Of a stretch of DNA of 64,000 bases, positions 46,368-56,357 are shown piece by piece (position 1 is the stretch's first letter; each line of letters opens with the position of its first letter). The notes beneath the pieces are model-generated. The model ran no database searches. It worked only from the letters and a program-made list of their open reading frames with translations, and was not told where the DNA came from. Made by a program: the position numbers and the translations under genes. Source of the DNA: Promethearchaeota archaeon (lineage in GTDB: Archaea > Asgardarchaeota > Lokiarchaeia > Sigyniarchaeales > SOKP01); NCBI GenBank assembly GCA_048941285.1, contig JBHLNS010000010.1, positions 20,177-84,176 of the forward strand. The letters run 5' to 3'.

Positions 46368-47222
46368 ATGAAAGGAATAGAAAAATTTAGGGAGAAGTTA
46401 CCAGATTATCAAGGAAAAAGAATAATTAAATTTTTAGTTGTTGTTCCAATTGTTTTTCTAATCTCCATAGTCTTTCAGTTAGTAATAGATTCACTACCAC
46501 GTATCCTCAGAGAATCCCCTATTTTGCAAATTCTGGAACCATTGACTCCCATTTTTGGTTCATTGATAATCCTAGTCATTGGCTTCTCATTGGTCTATTC
46601 ATTCTGGCATATGAGAGATAAATATTTGAAGATTAATCACAAATTAGCCTATCAAAAAGCCTTTAAATTTGTTGTGACTGGTATCCCACTAGTAATTTCA
46701 ATTGTAATCCATAGCTATTTCCCTACTGATTTAATTATGCCATACCAAGATAATAAATCTATTAGTTGGTATTTAGCGTTACCTATTTCTAATATTTTCT
46801 TCAATTATTCAATTATTTTGTTTTTTATTAGAATAACCTTATGTATTGTATTTTTTGGATTAGCATTAAGCGTAATTAGAAAGACTTTTGAAGTATTTGG
46901 CATTGATTATATGGGTTTAATCTATATCTATTACCCAGAAGATTCTAAAATTCAAAACCACGAAATTTATTCTGTATTACGTCATCCAACTTATCATTGC
47001 CTTTTACTATTTAATTTTGCGAGTTTTTTTTTAAGATTCTCTGTTTATTCTATTATCTATTTTGTAATATTTTTGATAGGGATAAATATTCATATTAGAT
47101 TGGTAGAAGAGAAAGAATTAATTCGGAGATTCGGAGAAGATTACATTAAGTATAGAAAAAGTGTACCCGCACTCTTTGTAAGAATGAAAGATTTAAAAAA
47201 GTATTTCGCTCTCATATTTTAA
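46368..47222 (+). CDS. ICMT/PEMT-family membrane methyltransferase (N-terminally extended)
   Basis: YSVLRHPTYHCLLLF and VEEKELIRRFGEDYIKYRKSVP. Confidence 0.7.
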   Translation: MKGIEKFREKLPDYQGKRIIKFLVVVPIVFLISIVFQLVIDSLPRILRESPILQILEPLTPIFGSLIILVIGFSLVYSFWHMRDKYLKINHKLAYQKAFKFVVTGIPLVISIVIHSYFPTDLIMPYQDNKSISWYLALPISNIFFNYSIILFFIRITLCIVFFGLALSVIRKTFEVFGIDYMGLIYIYYPEDSKIQNHEIYSVLRHPTYHCLLLFNFASFFLRFSVYSIIYFVIFLIGINIHIRLVEEKELIRRFGEDYIKYRKSVPALFVRMKDLKKYFALIF

Positions 47223-47234
47223 AACGTTGTTTTA

Positions 47235-47828
47235 CTATTTTTTCTTAAATCGGGGAAAGATAGCACCAGTTTTTTTTTGATATTCCCTATATTTTTCACC
47301 AAAACGTTTTATAAGGTCTTGCTCCTCATAGTAAATCATAATTGGAACATATAATATTATATAAATACTCATTAGGACAATAAGAAACCATGAATTCACC
47401 ATAAAAGCTATTGCAATAAATAATGGGAATTCTCCAAGCGATTGAGGATGCCTTATATAATTATATATCCCCCCATACATCTGTGTATCTTGAGATGGTT
47501 GGATAGTTTCTTGACCTGCATCTCTTACTCCTTTTATAAGTATAATTAAACAGGGAATGGTAATTAATACCCCAATTACAATACCAATTATATAATTTGT
47601 GTGTACTTGCCAACTAACTAAAGAAATCGGAAACATGCTCCATAGTGTCAAATTTATCACAATTATAAACTCAAAAAAACTCGCAAAAATTCGTAATTTC
47701 ATACATTCTCTCCAAGCACGATCGCCCTTTGTTTGTTCTCTCTTTATTGGTTGAATACTTAAAATATAAAGGAAACTAAAAAGAAAGAGGCTTAATAATA
47801 ATGATCCAAAATTTATCCAATCAAACAT
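47235..47828 (-). CDS. ICMT/PEMT-family membrane methyltransferase
   Basis: GIYNYIRHPQSLGEFPLF and YEEQDLIKRFGEKYREYQKKTGAIFP; convergent with the previous paralogue, 12-nt gap. Confidence 0.7.
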   Translation of the reverse strand: MFDWINFGSLLLSLFLFSFLYILSIQPIKREQTKGDRAWRECMKLRIFASFFEFIIVINLTLWSMFPISLVSWQVHTNYIIGIVIGVLITIPCLIILIKGVRDAGQETIQPSQDTQMYGGIYNYIRHPQSLGEFPLFIAIAFMVNSWFLIVLMSIYIILYVPIMIYYEEQDLIKRFGEKYREYQKKTGAIFPRFKKK

Positions 47829-48102
47829 AATTTATTTTTTGAATTAATATATATCCATTATGCCATGTAATATCTTCAGGAAAATCAAAAATATTTTTTA
47901 TTCTCCATTCCATAAGGAATCCTTAGAAAATTATTTTTAATATATTCTTTTCAATTAATCAAGAAATTTAAATAAATTCAAAACACTTCCATCAAGATTT
48001 AGCATCTTCTAAATAATAAATAAGTGTAAAATTTTAATTCTCATAGAACTTAAATAAAATTTGGAATTAAGTATTTTAAATGTTATCTAAAAGAGGTTAG
48101 TT

Positions 48103-49281
48103 ATGCTTTTAAATGATTTATCGAATATAATAGGAGAAACGGCAGAAGATTGCATAATTTATAAGAAGTTGTGTAAAGAAGTTGAATATGATTTTGATAA
48201 TACTTTAAAAGAATCAACTTTAGGAGAAATTCCATTTGTTCCATGGAGTTTTTTTAAACTTTCGAATAATAGATTTAAAGATTTATTGCGAGGTAATACT
48301 TTTGAAAATCTAAAATATTGGATGGAATCTTCTTCAACTTGTGGAGACCCTAGTATCGTGGGAAGATTGGATAATGACATTGAAGTCTTAAAAGCTAATT
48401 ATAATGAGGTTTTTAATTCATTTTCCCAAAAAGATAAAGTGAATAATTTAATCTTATTTGCACCAGGAATGAGAATCATTAATAAAATACGACACAATTT
48501 TTACGGTATAAATGCTTTTCTTCTTTATAAAAGCATTGTAGACATATGGGAAGGAAAAAATATTAATTATTTACTACAATTCTTTTTGGGTAAAACTATA
48601 GGAAAAATGTTAACCACATTTAAAGCTCGAGCAGTAATTGGGATTAATGGAAAATTACTCAAATATGAACTTGATCGAGTTGAACAAAAAAAAATTCCTA
48701 CCATAATGGCTAATTCTCCACTATGGATGCATAAAGTGTTAAATGATTATTATCTTAAGGAGAAAAAAACTTTTGATCTAGGTGATCATTTTTATATTAT
48801 TACGGGGGGTGGGGGATGGGACGGAACAAAAGGGCGTGTTAAATTAGGATATAGTGTAAAAAAACCTGAATTTGTTGAACAAATGTGTAATATGTTCAAC
48901 ATTACCCCCGATAATTTTTGTGATAATTTTGCAGCTACTGAAAGTCCAATGGCATGTGGTGGTCATTGGTCAAACCACTATAACGATTTTATACTCCACG
49001 TTAATAATGCCCAGGGTCGAATAGTAATTCGTGATATTCAAACTTCAGAACCTATAAGAAAAACAGGAGAGCCTGGTCTTTTGGAATTAATAACTCCATA
49101 TGGAGTGGAGGGCTATGCAGGATTAGCTGTTTTACTAGATGATATTGTTCAAGTAGAAAATTGGGAAAGATGCCCAGAATGTAATCGAGAAGGCCCAATT
49201 TTTCGAGTATTGGGACGATTAACACCTTCTATCGGAAAAGGATGCAGTTCATTATTTACTCTAGATGCATATAATTTGTAA
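48103..49281 (+). CDS. LuxE-family acyl-protein synthetase / adenylate-forming enzyme
   Basis: Collinear with LuxE landmarks: IPFVPWSFFK, SSSTCGDPS (SSGT-like), YIITGGGGW, EPGLLELITP, KGCSSLFT. Confidence 0.6.
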   Translation: MLLNDLSNIIGETAEDCIIYKKLCKEVEYDFDNTLKESTLGEIPFVPWSFFKLSNNRFKDLLRGNTFENLKYWMESSSTCGDPSIVGRLDNDIEVLKANYNEVFNSFSQKDKVNNLILFAPGMRIINKIRHNFYGINAFLLYKSIVDIWEGKNINYLLQFFLGKTIGKMLTTFKARAVIGINGKLLKYELDRVEQKKIPTIMANSPLWMHKVLNDYYLKEKKTFDLGDHFYIITGGGGWDGTKGRVKLGYSVKKPEFVEQMCNMFNITPDNFCDNFAATESPMACGGHWSNHYNDFILHVNNAQGRIVIRDIQTSEPIRKTGEPGLLELITPYGVEGYAGLAVLLDDIVQVENWERCPECNREGPIFRVLGRLTPSIGKGCSSLFTLDAYNL

Positions 49282-49607
49282 AATTAATTATAAAATTCAT
49301 ATGTGATAATTAAACTTCTTATAAACTTTGGTTTTAAATCTATTAAATTATAACATCCACTGTTTAATACAATCGATATATTAAACTATTTGAATATTAT
49401 CTATTTTTTGCCAATCTTATTAAACTTAATTTAAATTTTGATATATTTAGTTTTGAAATCAGGTGTTCAGTTAAAATTGAAGAAGATTATATTATTTGAA
49501 GAAAAATGTAACTCACTCTTATACCATCTACATATTAATAACCAGTCAATACTCCGATTATATGGGAATATTATTTTATATATCAAAAAAACAATAGAGT
49601 TGATTTT

Positions 49608-50636
49608 ATGAGAAGTAATAATTTAAAAATATTAGCTTTGGTTTTCTTAGGATTTATGTTTTTAAGTGTTAGTCTAGGAACTGTTGTAGCTACTACTGAT
49701 GACGATTCAGATGGAGTAGAAGATCAATTCGAAGAAGAACATGAGAGGACCATAAATACAGAAATAGAAGATAACATTATTAGTATAGAGTCGGTGTTGC
49801 GTACTGAAACAGGAAAAAACAAAATAGAATTTGAGATTAGCAATGAATCGGAAGGTTTAAGTTTTAAAGTTGAATTTACACCAAATTACAACCCTGCTTC
49901 AAATAATTCGCAAATTCAGTTAGAATTTGAAGTTACCTTTAAACAAATTGTTGAATATGTAGATGTTGATGCAGATGGTATATTTACTGAATCAGTTGAT
50001 GAAGAGATTAGCGTTACCAGTTTGGATGACTTTAAAGCACCCATTTATACTATAAGTGATATTTCTTTAGACACTAAAATGCATTACATTGTTTTAACGA
50101 CTACAGATGATGTATTTACAGCTCATGTCTATTTTGTAGAAGAATTTGAAATTATCAATGAAACTTTGATCACACCAACTGAAACGAAAATCGATATTGA
50201 AATCAATAATTACAATTACGTTAATGATTCATCTCAATTAGCCTTATACACAAAGTTGGAATCTGAAGTAAATTACAAGATGGATGATAAAACTGAAGAT
50301 GAAACTTCAGGGTATGCAGAGGATGAGAGTAGCGCCTTTACTATGCAAAACTCTTTTATTGGATTTTTTAGCTGGAAAGAAAATGCTACAATTGATGGTG
50401 TTTCTAAGAATGTGTTAGTTAGTCAAATCGAAGATGATGATTTTGAGCCCAATGAACAAAAGATTTATCTCAATTATCCCAGAGGGACTTTAATTTATCA
50501 TGACCCGAAAATCGGTATTGGTCTACCATTAGCATCTCAGATGATTCCTGGCTATACAATTTTAATCATAGCGTTAGTAAGTGTCCTTGGAATTACCGGA
50601 ATTATTTATGCCATTAAGAAGAAGCAAAGAATGTAA
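49608..50636 (+). CDS. acidic secreted surface protein, paralogue A (unknown family), C-terminal TM anchor
   Basis: Signal-like N-terminus; DDDSDGVEDQFE and VDVDADG motifs; shared blocks SKIDIEINNYNY, SSQLALYTKLESE, NYPRGTLIYHDPKIG; C-terminal PGY-TM-KKKQRM. Confidence 0.6.
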   Translation: MRSNNLKILALVFLGFMFLSVSLGTVVATTDDDSDGVEDQFEEEHERTINTEIEDNIISIESVLRTETGKNKIEFEISNESEGLSFKVEFTPNYNPASNNSQIQLEFEVTFKQIVEYVDVDADGIFTESVDEEISVTSLDDFKAPIYTISDISLDTKMHYIVLTTTDDVFTAHVYFVEEFEIINETLITPTETKIDIEINNYNYVNDSSQLALYTKLESEVNYKMDDKTEDETSGYAEDESSAFTMQNSFIGFFSWKENATIDGVSKNVLVSQIEDDDFEPNEQKIYLNYPRGTLIYHDPKIGIGLPLASQMIPGYTILIIALVSVLGITGIIYAIKKKQRM

Positions 50637-50648
50637 ATTTAAAAATAA

Positions 50649-50658
50649 TTTTTTTTTT
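50649..50658 (+). terminator. oligo-T tract (T10) after paralogue A
   Basis: T10 lies 13 nt after the stop at 50636. Confidence 0.4.
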
Positions 50659-50783
50659 ATTTTATAAGTATTATGTTTAATTTTTTAACCGACATTAGCA
50701 AAAAACCATAAAAATTTATTGGCAAATAAAATATAAAAACAATTTTTAAAAAAAAACAAAAATGCTATTATGTGAGTTCTGTT

Positions 50784-52073
50784 ATGAAAAAAAGAAGCCT
50801 TTTCTTTAGCATCCTAATTATAGGAACTATCTTATTCAATTTAAGTATCGCAACTGTAATAGCTTCAGATGATGATTTTGATGGAATTGATGATGAATTT
50901 GAAACTGTGAATAATAGAAACATAGCAATTAGTTTTTCAAGCGATGAGTTTGAAGTAAATTCAATTTTAAGAACTGGAATACATAGAGATATTATAAAAT
51001 TTGACATAAGGTATAATAGCGACGGAATCGAAATAAATCTCCGATATAATTCTGAATTTGAAGGCGAAAATCAAAGTAATTTCAAACTAGAATTCTCAGT
51101 TTCTTTTCGTAGATTAATAGAATTTGTTGATATGGATAGTAATGGAATTTATGATGATTCAATCGATCAAACAATTCAAGAAGTAGAAATAAAAGATTTT
51201 AACCCGATTAATTATTCTCAAATTGAGTTATCATCAAATACTACTTTGCATTATATCAAACTAAGTACTGAAGATGGAATTTTCACAACCCACTTTTACT
51301 TTTCTGAAGAATTCACAAGCATAAATAACAGTTTAATCTCACCATCCGAATCAAAAATAGATATTGAGATTAATAATTTCAATTATACCCATGGATCGTC
51401 CCAACTTGCTCTCTATGTTAAATTGGAATCTGAATCTGATTATGAAGAGAATGAGGAAACGGAAGATGAAGATTTAGGTTTTGCTCATAATGAAACTTCA
51501 GTTATTACAGCAAATCAGAGTCGAATTGGGTTTTTGTCGTGGAAAAAATCTGCCATTATTGATGGCAGCGAGCACCAAATTAAAATTTCTCCCATTGAAG
51601 TTGATGACGACGACGCAATGGAGCAAAAAGTCTATATCAATTATCCAAGGGGCCAAAAAATCTATCACGACCCAAAATTAGGAGTTGAAGGTATATTAAG
51701 ATCGATTCTTCAACCGCCTTTTCCATTTGGCTTAACAACAATAATAATTATTGTATTTGTATTTAGCATTAGCATTGCTTACGCTGCATATCACTATAGA
51801 GAGAATTTACTTCCTAGTATTTTCCTAGCAAATGGGAAAAAAAAAGAAACTGAACAAATACCTAAAAAGAAATTTTTAACTACTAGCCATAAGATTGAGG
51901 AAATCCTATCTAATACTAAATTAACAGCCATTTCACCAGACTTTTTTAAACTTGTGGAGCAATTCGAATTTGATGGTGATGAGAAAGATGAATTTATTAA
52001 AGAAATGTTAGCTTTGAATCCATTTGAAAGGAACTTGATAATTAAGGAAATGATTAAAAAGCATAAATTGTAA
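50784..52073 (+). CDS. acidic secreted surface protein, paralogue B, with TM and about 90-aa cytoplasmic tail
   Basis: Start placed at ATG 50784 (track opens at GTG 50772); DDDFDGIDDEFE and VDMDSNG motifs; SKIDIEINNFNY, SSQLALYVKLESE, NYPRGQKIYHDPKLG. Confidence 0.6.
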   Translation: MKKRSLFFSILIIGTILFNLSIATVIASDDDFDGIDDEFETVNNRNIAISFSSDEFEVNSILRTGIHRDIIKFDIRYNSDGIEINLRYNSEFEGENQSNFKLEFSVSFRRLIEFVDMDSNGIYDDSIDQTIQEVEIKDFNPINYSQIELSSNTTLHYIKLSTEDGIFTTHFYFSEEFTSINNSLISPSESKIDIEINNFNYTHGSSQLALYVKLESESDYEENEETEDEDLGFAHNETSVITANQSRIGFLSWKKSAIIDGSEHQIKISPIEVDDDDAMEQKVYINYPRGQKIYHDPKLGVEGILRSILQPPFPFGLTTIIIIVFVFSISIAYAAYHYRENLLPSIFLANGKKKETEQIPKKKFLTTSHKIEEILSNTKLTAISPDFFKLVEQFEFDGDEKDEFIKEMLALNPFERNLIIKEMIKKHKL

Positions 52074-52106
52074 GTAAATTGTTGATATAACTCCTGGTCT
52101 ATTAAA

Positions 52107-52775
52107 ATGTCGGTTGAGCTAGTTGCACAAGAAAGAGTAGTATTTGATATTGTACAAGATTATTTAAGTAAAAACCGGCAATTTAATATTGATGATATTA
52201 TTCCATATATTAGTTTCCATCTTAGACGATCTTCAAATAATCTTAATTATGAAGGAATAAAATCGGTTTTAAAATCTTTGGTTAAGAAAAAATTCCTAAT
52301 TGAAGGCTCTAAATTGACACATGCTGATATTTTAAAAAACCATAAACGTAAAAAGATATATAATCATATTATAAAAAACCCTGGAATTTATTTTACTAAG
52401 ATTATTAGTGATTTAGGCTTTAGCAATCATGTAGCAGTATGGCATCTGAATATATTAATTAAATTTAATTATATAAAAAAAAGAATTTACAATAAGCATG
52501 AAGTCTTTTTTGATTCAAAGGTTGACCCAAATGAGGCTAAATTTGAATTTTATATTTCCCTTGATAAATCTAAAACTATAATTCAGTATCTTGAAAAAAA
52601 CAATATAGGCATCACAAAAACTGGCCTTTCAAAAGCTCTTAATATGCATGTAAACACTCTCTCAAAATATCTTGATATCCTGGAAAAATTAAAAGTAATT
52701 TTAAAAGAAAAAATAGATAATACAAAATTGATTTTTATAAATGAAGATCTCTTAGCACAGATTAATTATTTTTAA
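52107..52775 (+). CDS. multi-winged-helix DNA-binding protein (ArsR-like)
   Basis: Central RKKIYNHIIKNPGIYFTKIISDLGFSNHVAVWHLNILIKFNYIKK is a classical archaeal wHTH; flanking segments (..GIKSVLKSLVKKKFLIEG.. and ..ITKTGLSKALNMHVNTLSKYLDILEKL..) look like further wHTH units. Confidence 0.55.
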   Translation: MSVELVAQERVVFDIVQDYLSKNRQFNIDDIIPYISFHLRRSSNNLNYEGIKSVLKSLVKKKFLIEGSKLTHADILKNHKRKKIYNHIIKNPGIYFTKIISDLGFSNHVAVWHLNILIKFNYIKKRIYNKHEVFFDSKVDPNEAKFEFYISLDKSKTIIQYLEKNNIGITKTGLSKALNMHVNTLSKYLDILEKLKVILKEKIDNTKLIFINEDLLAQINYF

Positions 52776-52903
52776 CATTTAAAGTATTGATGGGAAGTAG
52801 AAAAGCTTTGAAACACTTTTCAATAATTTTACGTTATTAAATGATTTTATAAGTATGCCATAATTCAATATTATGAATTTAATCACACATGAAACTGATT
52901 TAA

Positions 52904-53554
52904 ATGATTATAAATAGAATTAAGAAATTGATCGCTGTTTTATTTTTAATCCTATTTATTAATATAGGTTTTATCTTATCTGCTATTGAAGTATATTTTA
53001 ATTTGGGTACTTTAATCATAATAATCAGTTTTACATTGATATTAAGCCTTGATATTAGTATTAGGCCAATAACTCAGAAAAGAGATCAGTTTAAATATGC
53101 CACGCTTTCAGTATTGTTATTTTTACTACTTCCATTGTTATCTATTATTCCGTATTTAGAATTCTACTTTCTAACACAGCGATATTTCATAATATGGAAT
53201 AATTTTTTATTATATTTTGTTGGAATGGTTTTATTATTACTTGGTGGGATAATTTTGATTTATAGCAGACTTATCCTAGGAAAGCTTGCATCTAGTAAAA
53301 TTGTTATTGAACAAAATCATATTTTAATAAACAAAGGAATTTATAAATATATTAGACATCCGATATATTTAGGGATGCTTCTTATTTTTTTTGGTTATGC
53401 GTTATCTTTCAAATCTGTTTTTAGTCCTTTTTCTTTTCTAATTTTATTCTTCCTTATTTTTAATAATCGCATGAATTTGGAGAGGAATATGAATCTTATA
53501 TTAATAAAACTAAGAGACTTATTCCTTATATATATTGAAATTTTAAATGAGTAA
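52904..53554 (+). pseudogene. ICMT/PEMT-family methyltransferase with a frame-disrupted C-terminus
   Basis: KGIYKYIRHPIYLGMLLIFFGYAL is intact. The canonical C-terminal block EFGEEYESYINKTKRLIPYIY* is encoded in a different frame (53473..53538), and the EE..L element expected before it is missing. Confidence 0.55.
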
Positions 53555-53725
53555 ATAATTTTGGATAAAAGAGGGAATAAAATTATTTATCTAAGTCGAT
53601 GTTTAATCTTTAAAAATTTAAGATTCATAATTTTTTCCCTTCAAATTTTTTTACTTAATCAATAAAGGTTATAGAGAATAGTTAATAATTAAATATTATT
53701 TTCTAAACACTATTTTATAAGTTAT

Positions 53726-54706
53726 TTGATGAAGAGTTATCATTTATTTTTAAAAATCTTATTATTAACTAGCTTAGTTGTCCTATGCACCTTCATACTA
53801 TATAATTTTTTTTATATCAACCAAAAATATTCTTCAGATTCGATAGAAGTTTCGATTAATTGGATGTCTACAATTAGTTTTTTTATCTTGGTTTTCTATA
53901 TCGCTTTTTTCCTTGTTAATATAAAGTTATACCTTATTATTTTTATCTTTATTTCCATATTTGGAGGCTTAACTTGGATAATAATCTATATTCTAGAGAC
54001 TTTTTTTGGGGGATGGTGGTTTCCTATTTTAACAATATTGAGACATCTTTCTGCTATTTTATGTTTTTCTGTATTATCACCAGGTTTAATATTAAGTTTA
54101 ATGCATTATATCAAAAATAATTCGAATAAGAAAGAATCAAGAAAGATCTTTCATAATTATCGGATTCATGAGGGATTTGTCGGGATTATCTTTATAATAA
54201 TAGCTTTTGTTCTTCTGATCTTACGATATAATCTTGTTAAATATGAGATTTTTCGAACAAGTTTAAGAATATATTTAGCAATCGATATGATTCTTCTTTA
54301 TCTATTTTTATTTTTTGGAAGCTTTTTAGTTTTAAGAGATAGGAGAGATATTATCACGCTTAAACTTATCGAGAAACGTGAAATTCCAAGCAATAATTAT
54401 AATTCTGGGATATTCAATCCAGTTACCTCTGATTCTCTCAAATTCTTCAAATCTCCTAAAGTTCTATTATATCCCATGGGAATTCTACTCAATAGTATTG
54501 CTGCAAATCTTTTTATACATGGAACTGATTTCTTACCAGAAGAAATATTCTCTCTAAATCATGAAACGCTCGTTATGATTGGTATTATTCTAAATTTTAT
54601 AGCAGGAGGAATGCTTGGCTTAGACTGGTACAGATTGTTTGGCAGAATATATCCTGAGCTATATCAGGAATTTGAGCACATTTTAGATAATTTAAGAAAA
54701 AATTAG
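53726..54706 (+). CDS. polytopic membrane protein, function unknown
   Basis: 326 aa; track start TTG 53726, adjacent ATG 53729; multiple hydrophobic segments. Confidence 0.5.
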   Translation: MMKSYHLFLKILLLTSLVVLCTFILYNFFYINQKYSSDSIEVSINWMSTISFFILVFYIAFFLVNIKLYLIIFIFISIFGGLTWIIIYILETFFGGWWFPILTILRHLSAILCFSVLSPGLILSLMHYIKNNSNKKESRKIFHNYRIHEGFVGIIFIIIAFVLLILRYNLVKYEIFRTSLRIYLAIDMILLYLFLFFGSFLVLRDRRDIITLKLIEKREIPSNNYNSGIFNPVTSDSLKFFKSPKVLLYPMGILLNSIAANLFIHGTDFLPEEIFSLNHETLVMIGIILNFIAGGMLGLDWYRLFGRIYPELYQEFEHILDNLRKN

Positions 54707-54849
54707 TATTAATTTTATAATTCTGGATATTTAAAATTTTAATTCTATACTTGTTAATTATAAAAAAAGTCCTTCATTTTATTATTTAATAGTACAATTC
54801 CTGTGTTATTACCTATAAAAAAATTATTTACTTTTAATCATAGTGCGAA

Positions 54850-55938
54850 ATGTCCAGGTTAGGTAAAATAACGATTAAAAAAATAGCAGTTCCCCTTTTA
54901 ATTTTTACTCTTGGAACTGCGGGGATCCTCCCTGGAGCACTTCTTATATTTAGATTATATTCAAATGAGTATTGGACTAACATATATCCAGAACTTGTAC
55001 GTATGGACTCAAATGTTCTGGATCAGATGATATATGAGGTTGAACATGAATATTATGGAGTTTATAGTATAATAATAATACGAAATGGCTTTATTGTAAA
55101 AGAATGGTATGACTCATTTGCTAATAAAGATTTTCTCTTTCGGTTATACTCAGTTTCCAAGAGTGTTACTTCCGCTTTAATTGGAATCGCAATCGACAAA
55201 GGTTATATCTCTAGTTTAGATGAATTAGTTTTAGATTACTTTCCCGATAGAGATATAGCTAATCTTGACCCTCAAAAGGAATCTATGACCATTGAACATT
55301 TGTTAACAATGACAACAGGCTTACATTGGCCTGAGTATTATCCTTATGATGATCCGAGAAATCCTTATAATGATTGGAAAGCAAGTGAGGATCATGTGGA
55401 ATTCGTTCTTAATAGAACAATGGTTTCACCTCCCGGTCAAACCTTTAACTATAATACAGGAGCAACTCACTTGCTGACAGCAATATTGCAAAGAGCAACA
55501 AGTATGTCAACTATAGATTTTGCAAATAAATATTTATTTAGACCATTAAAAATTCAACATATTAATTGGCTTTTAGATCCTCAGGGTGTAGCATGTGGTG
55601 GGGATGGTTTATATTTAAGAACTCGAGATATGGCTAAGATCGGTTATCTTTTCCTTAAAGGTGGCAAATGGGATGGAAAGCAGATTATTTCTGAAACTTG
55701 GGTTAGAACCTCGACTAGTCAATTAATTTCTCTTGGATTAAATATTGGATATGGATATCAATGGTGGGTTTACCCTCTAGATAGATGTTTTCGAGCATTA
55801 GGTTACGGTGGGCAGCAGATTAATGTCTTTTATCAAAATAATTTATTAGTAATTTTCACAGGTATGAATTTATCCTATGATTTTGCTTCATTTCTTATTA
55901 ATAATTATATATTACCATCAATAATAGGAAGTACTTAA
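54850..55938 (+). CDS. beta-lactamase-family serine hydrolase, N-terminally anchored
   Basis: SxxK motif in LYSVSKSVTSALIG, FNYNTGATHLL (YxN-like), N-terminal TM. Confidence 0.8.
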   Translation: MSRLGKITIKKIAVPLLIFTLGTAGILPGALLIFRLYSNEYWTNIYPELVRMDSNVLDQMIYEVEHEYYGVYSIIIIRNGFIVKEWYDSFANKDFLFRLYSVSKSVTSALIGIAIDKGYISSLDELVLDYFPDRDIANLDPQKESMTIEHLLTMTTGLHWPEYYPYDDPRNPYNDWKASEDHVEFVLNRTMVSPPGQTFNYNTGATHLLTAILQRATSMSTIDFANKYLFRPLKIQHINWLLDPQGVACGGDGLYLRTRDMAKIGYLFLKGGKWDGKQIISETWVRTSTSQLISLGLNIGYGYQWWVYPLDRCFRALGYGGQQINVFYQNNLLVIFTGMNLSYDFASFLINNYILPSIIGST

Positions 55939-55964
55939 AAATTGATACTACAAGATGATATAAA

Positions 55965-56357
55965 ATGGAAAATTTAACTAAAAACTTAAAAATCTTATTA
56001 ATTATTAATGCCATTATTGGTCTGGGTTTTGCTGTGCTCTACTTAGCAGTTTCACATTTATATTTATCTCTAATTCACTGGCCATTTTATGACCCATATT
56101 ATTCTTGGGCATTTGGTGGAATTTTTTTAATTCTTTCAATATTCATACTTATAACGCTAAAAAAGAACCAATGGGGAAAATGTAAAACCGTTTTTGAAAT
56201 TAATATAGCTTGGCAGATAATGTTTTTAATTCTAAATATTACATCTTTAATTTTCATCCAAGCACCGATAAATTCTATAATAACTACGTGGATCTATAAT
56301 ATTATATTTATCATACTGATTGTCATCAATATTAAATTTTATAATAAATATCGATAA
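55965..56357 (+). CDS. small four-TM membrane protein
   Basis: 130 aa, hydrophobic throughout. Confidence 0.45.
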   Translation: MENLTKNLKILLIINAIIGLGFAVLYLAVSHLYLSLIHWPFYDPYYSWAFGGIFLILSIFILITLKKNQWGKCKTVFEINIAWQIMFLILNITSLIFIQAPINSIITTWIYNIIFIILIVINIKFYNKYR

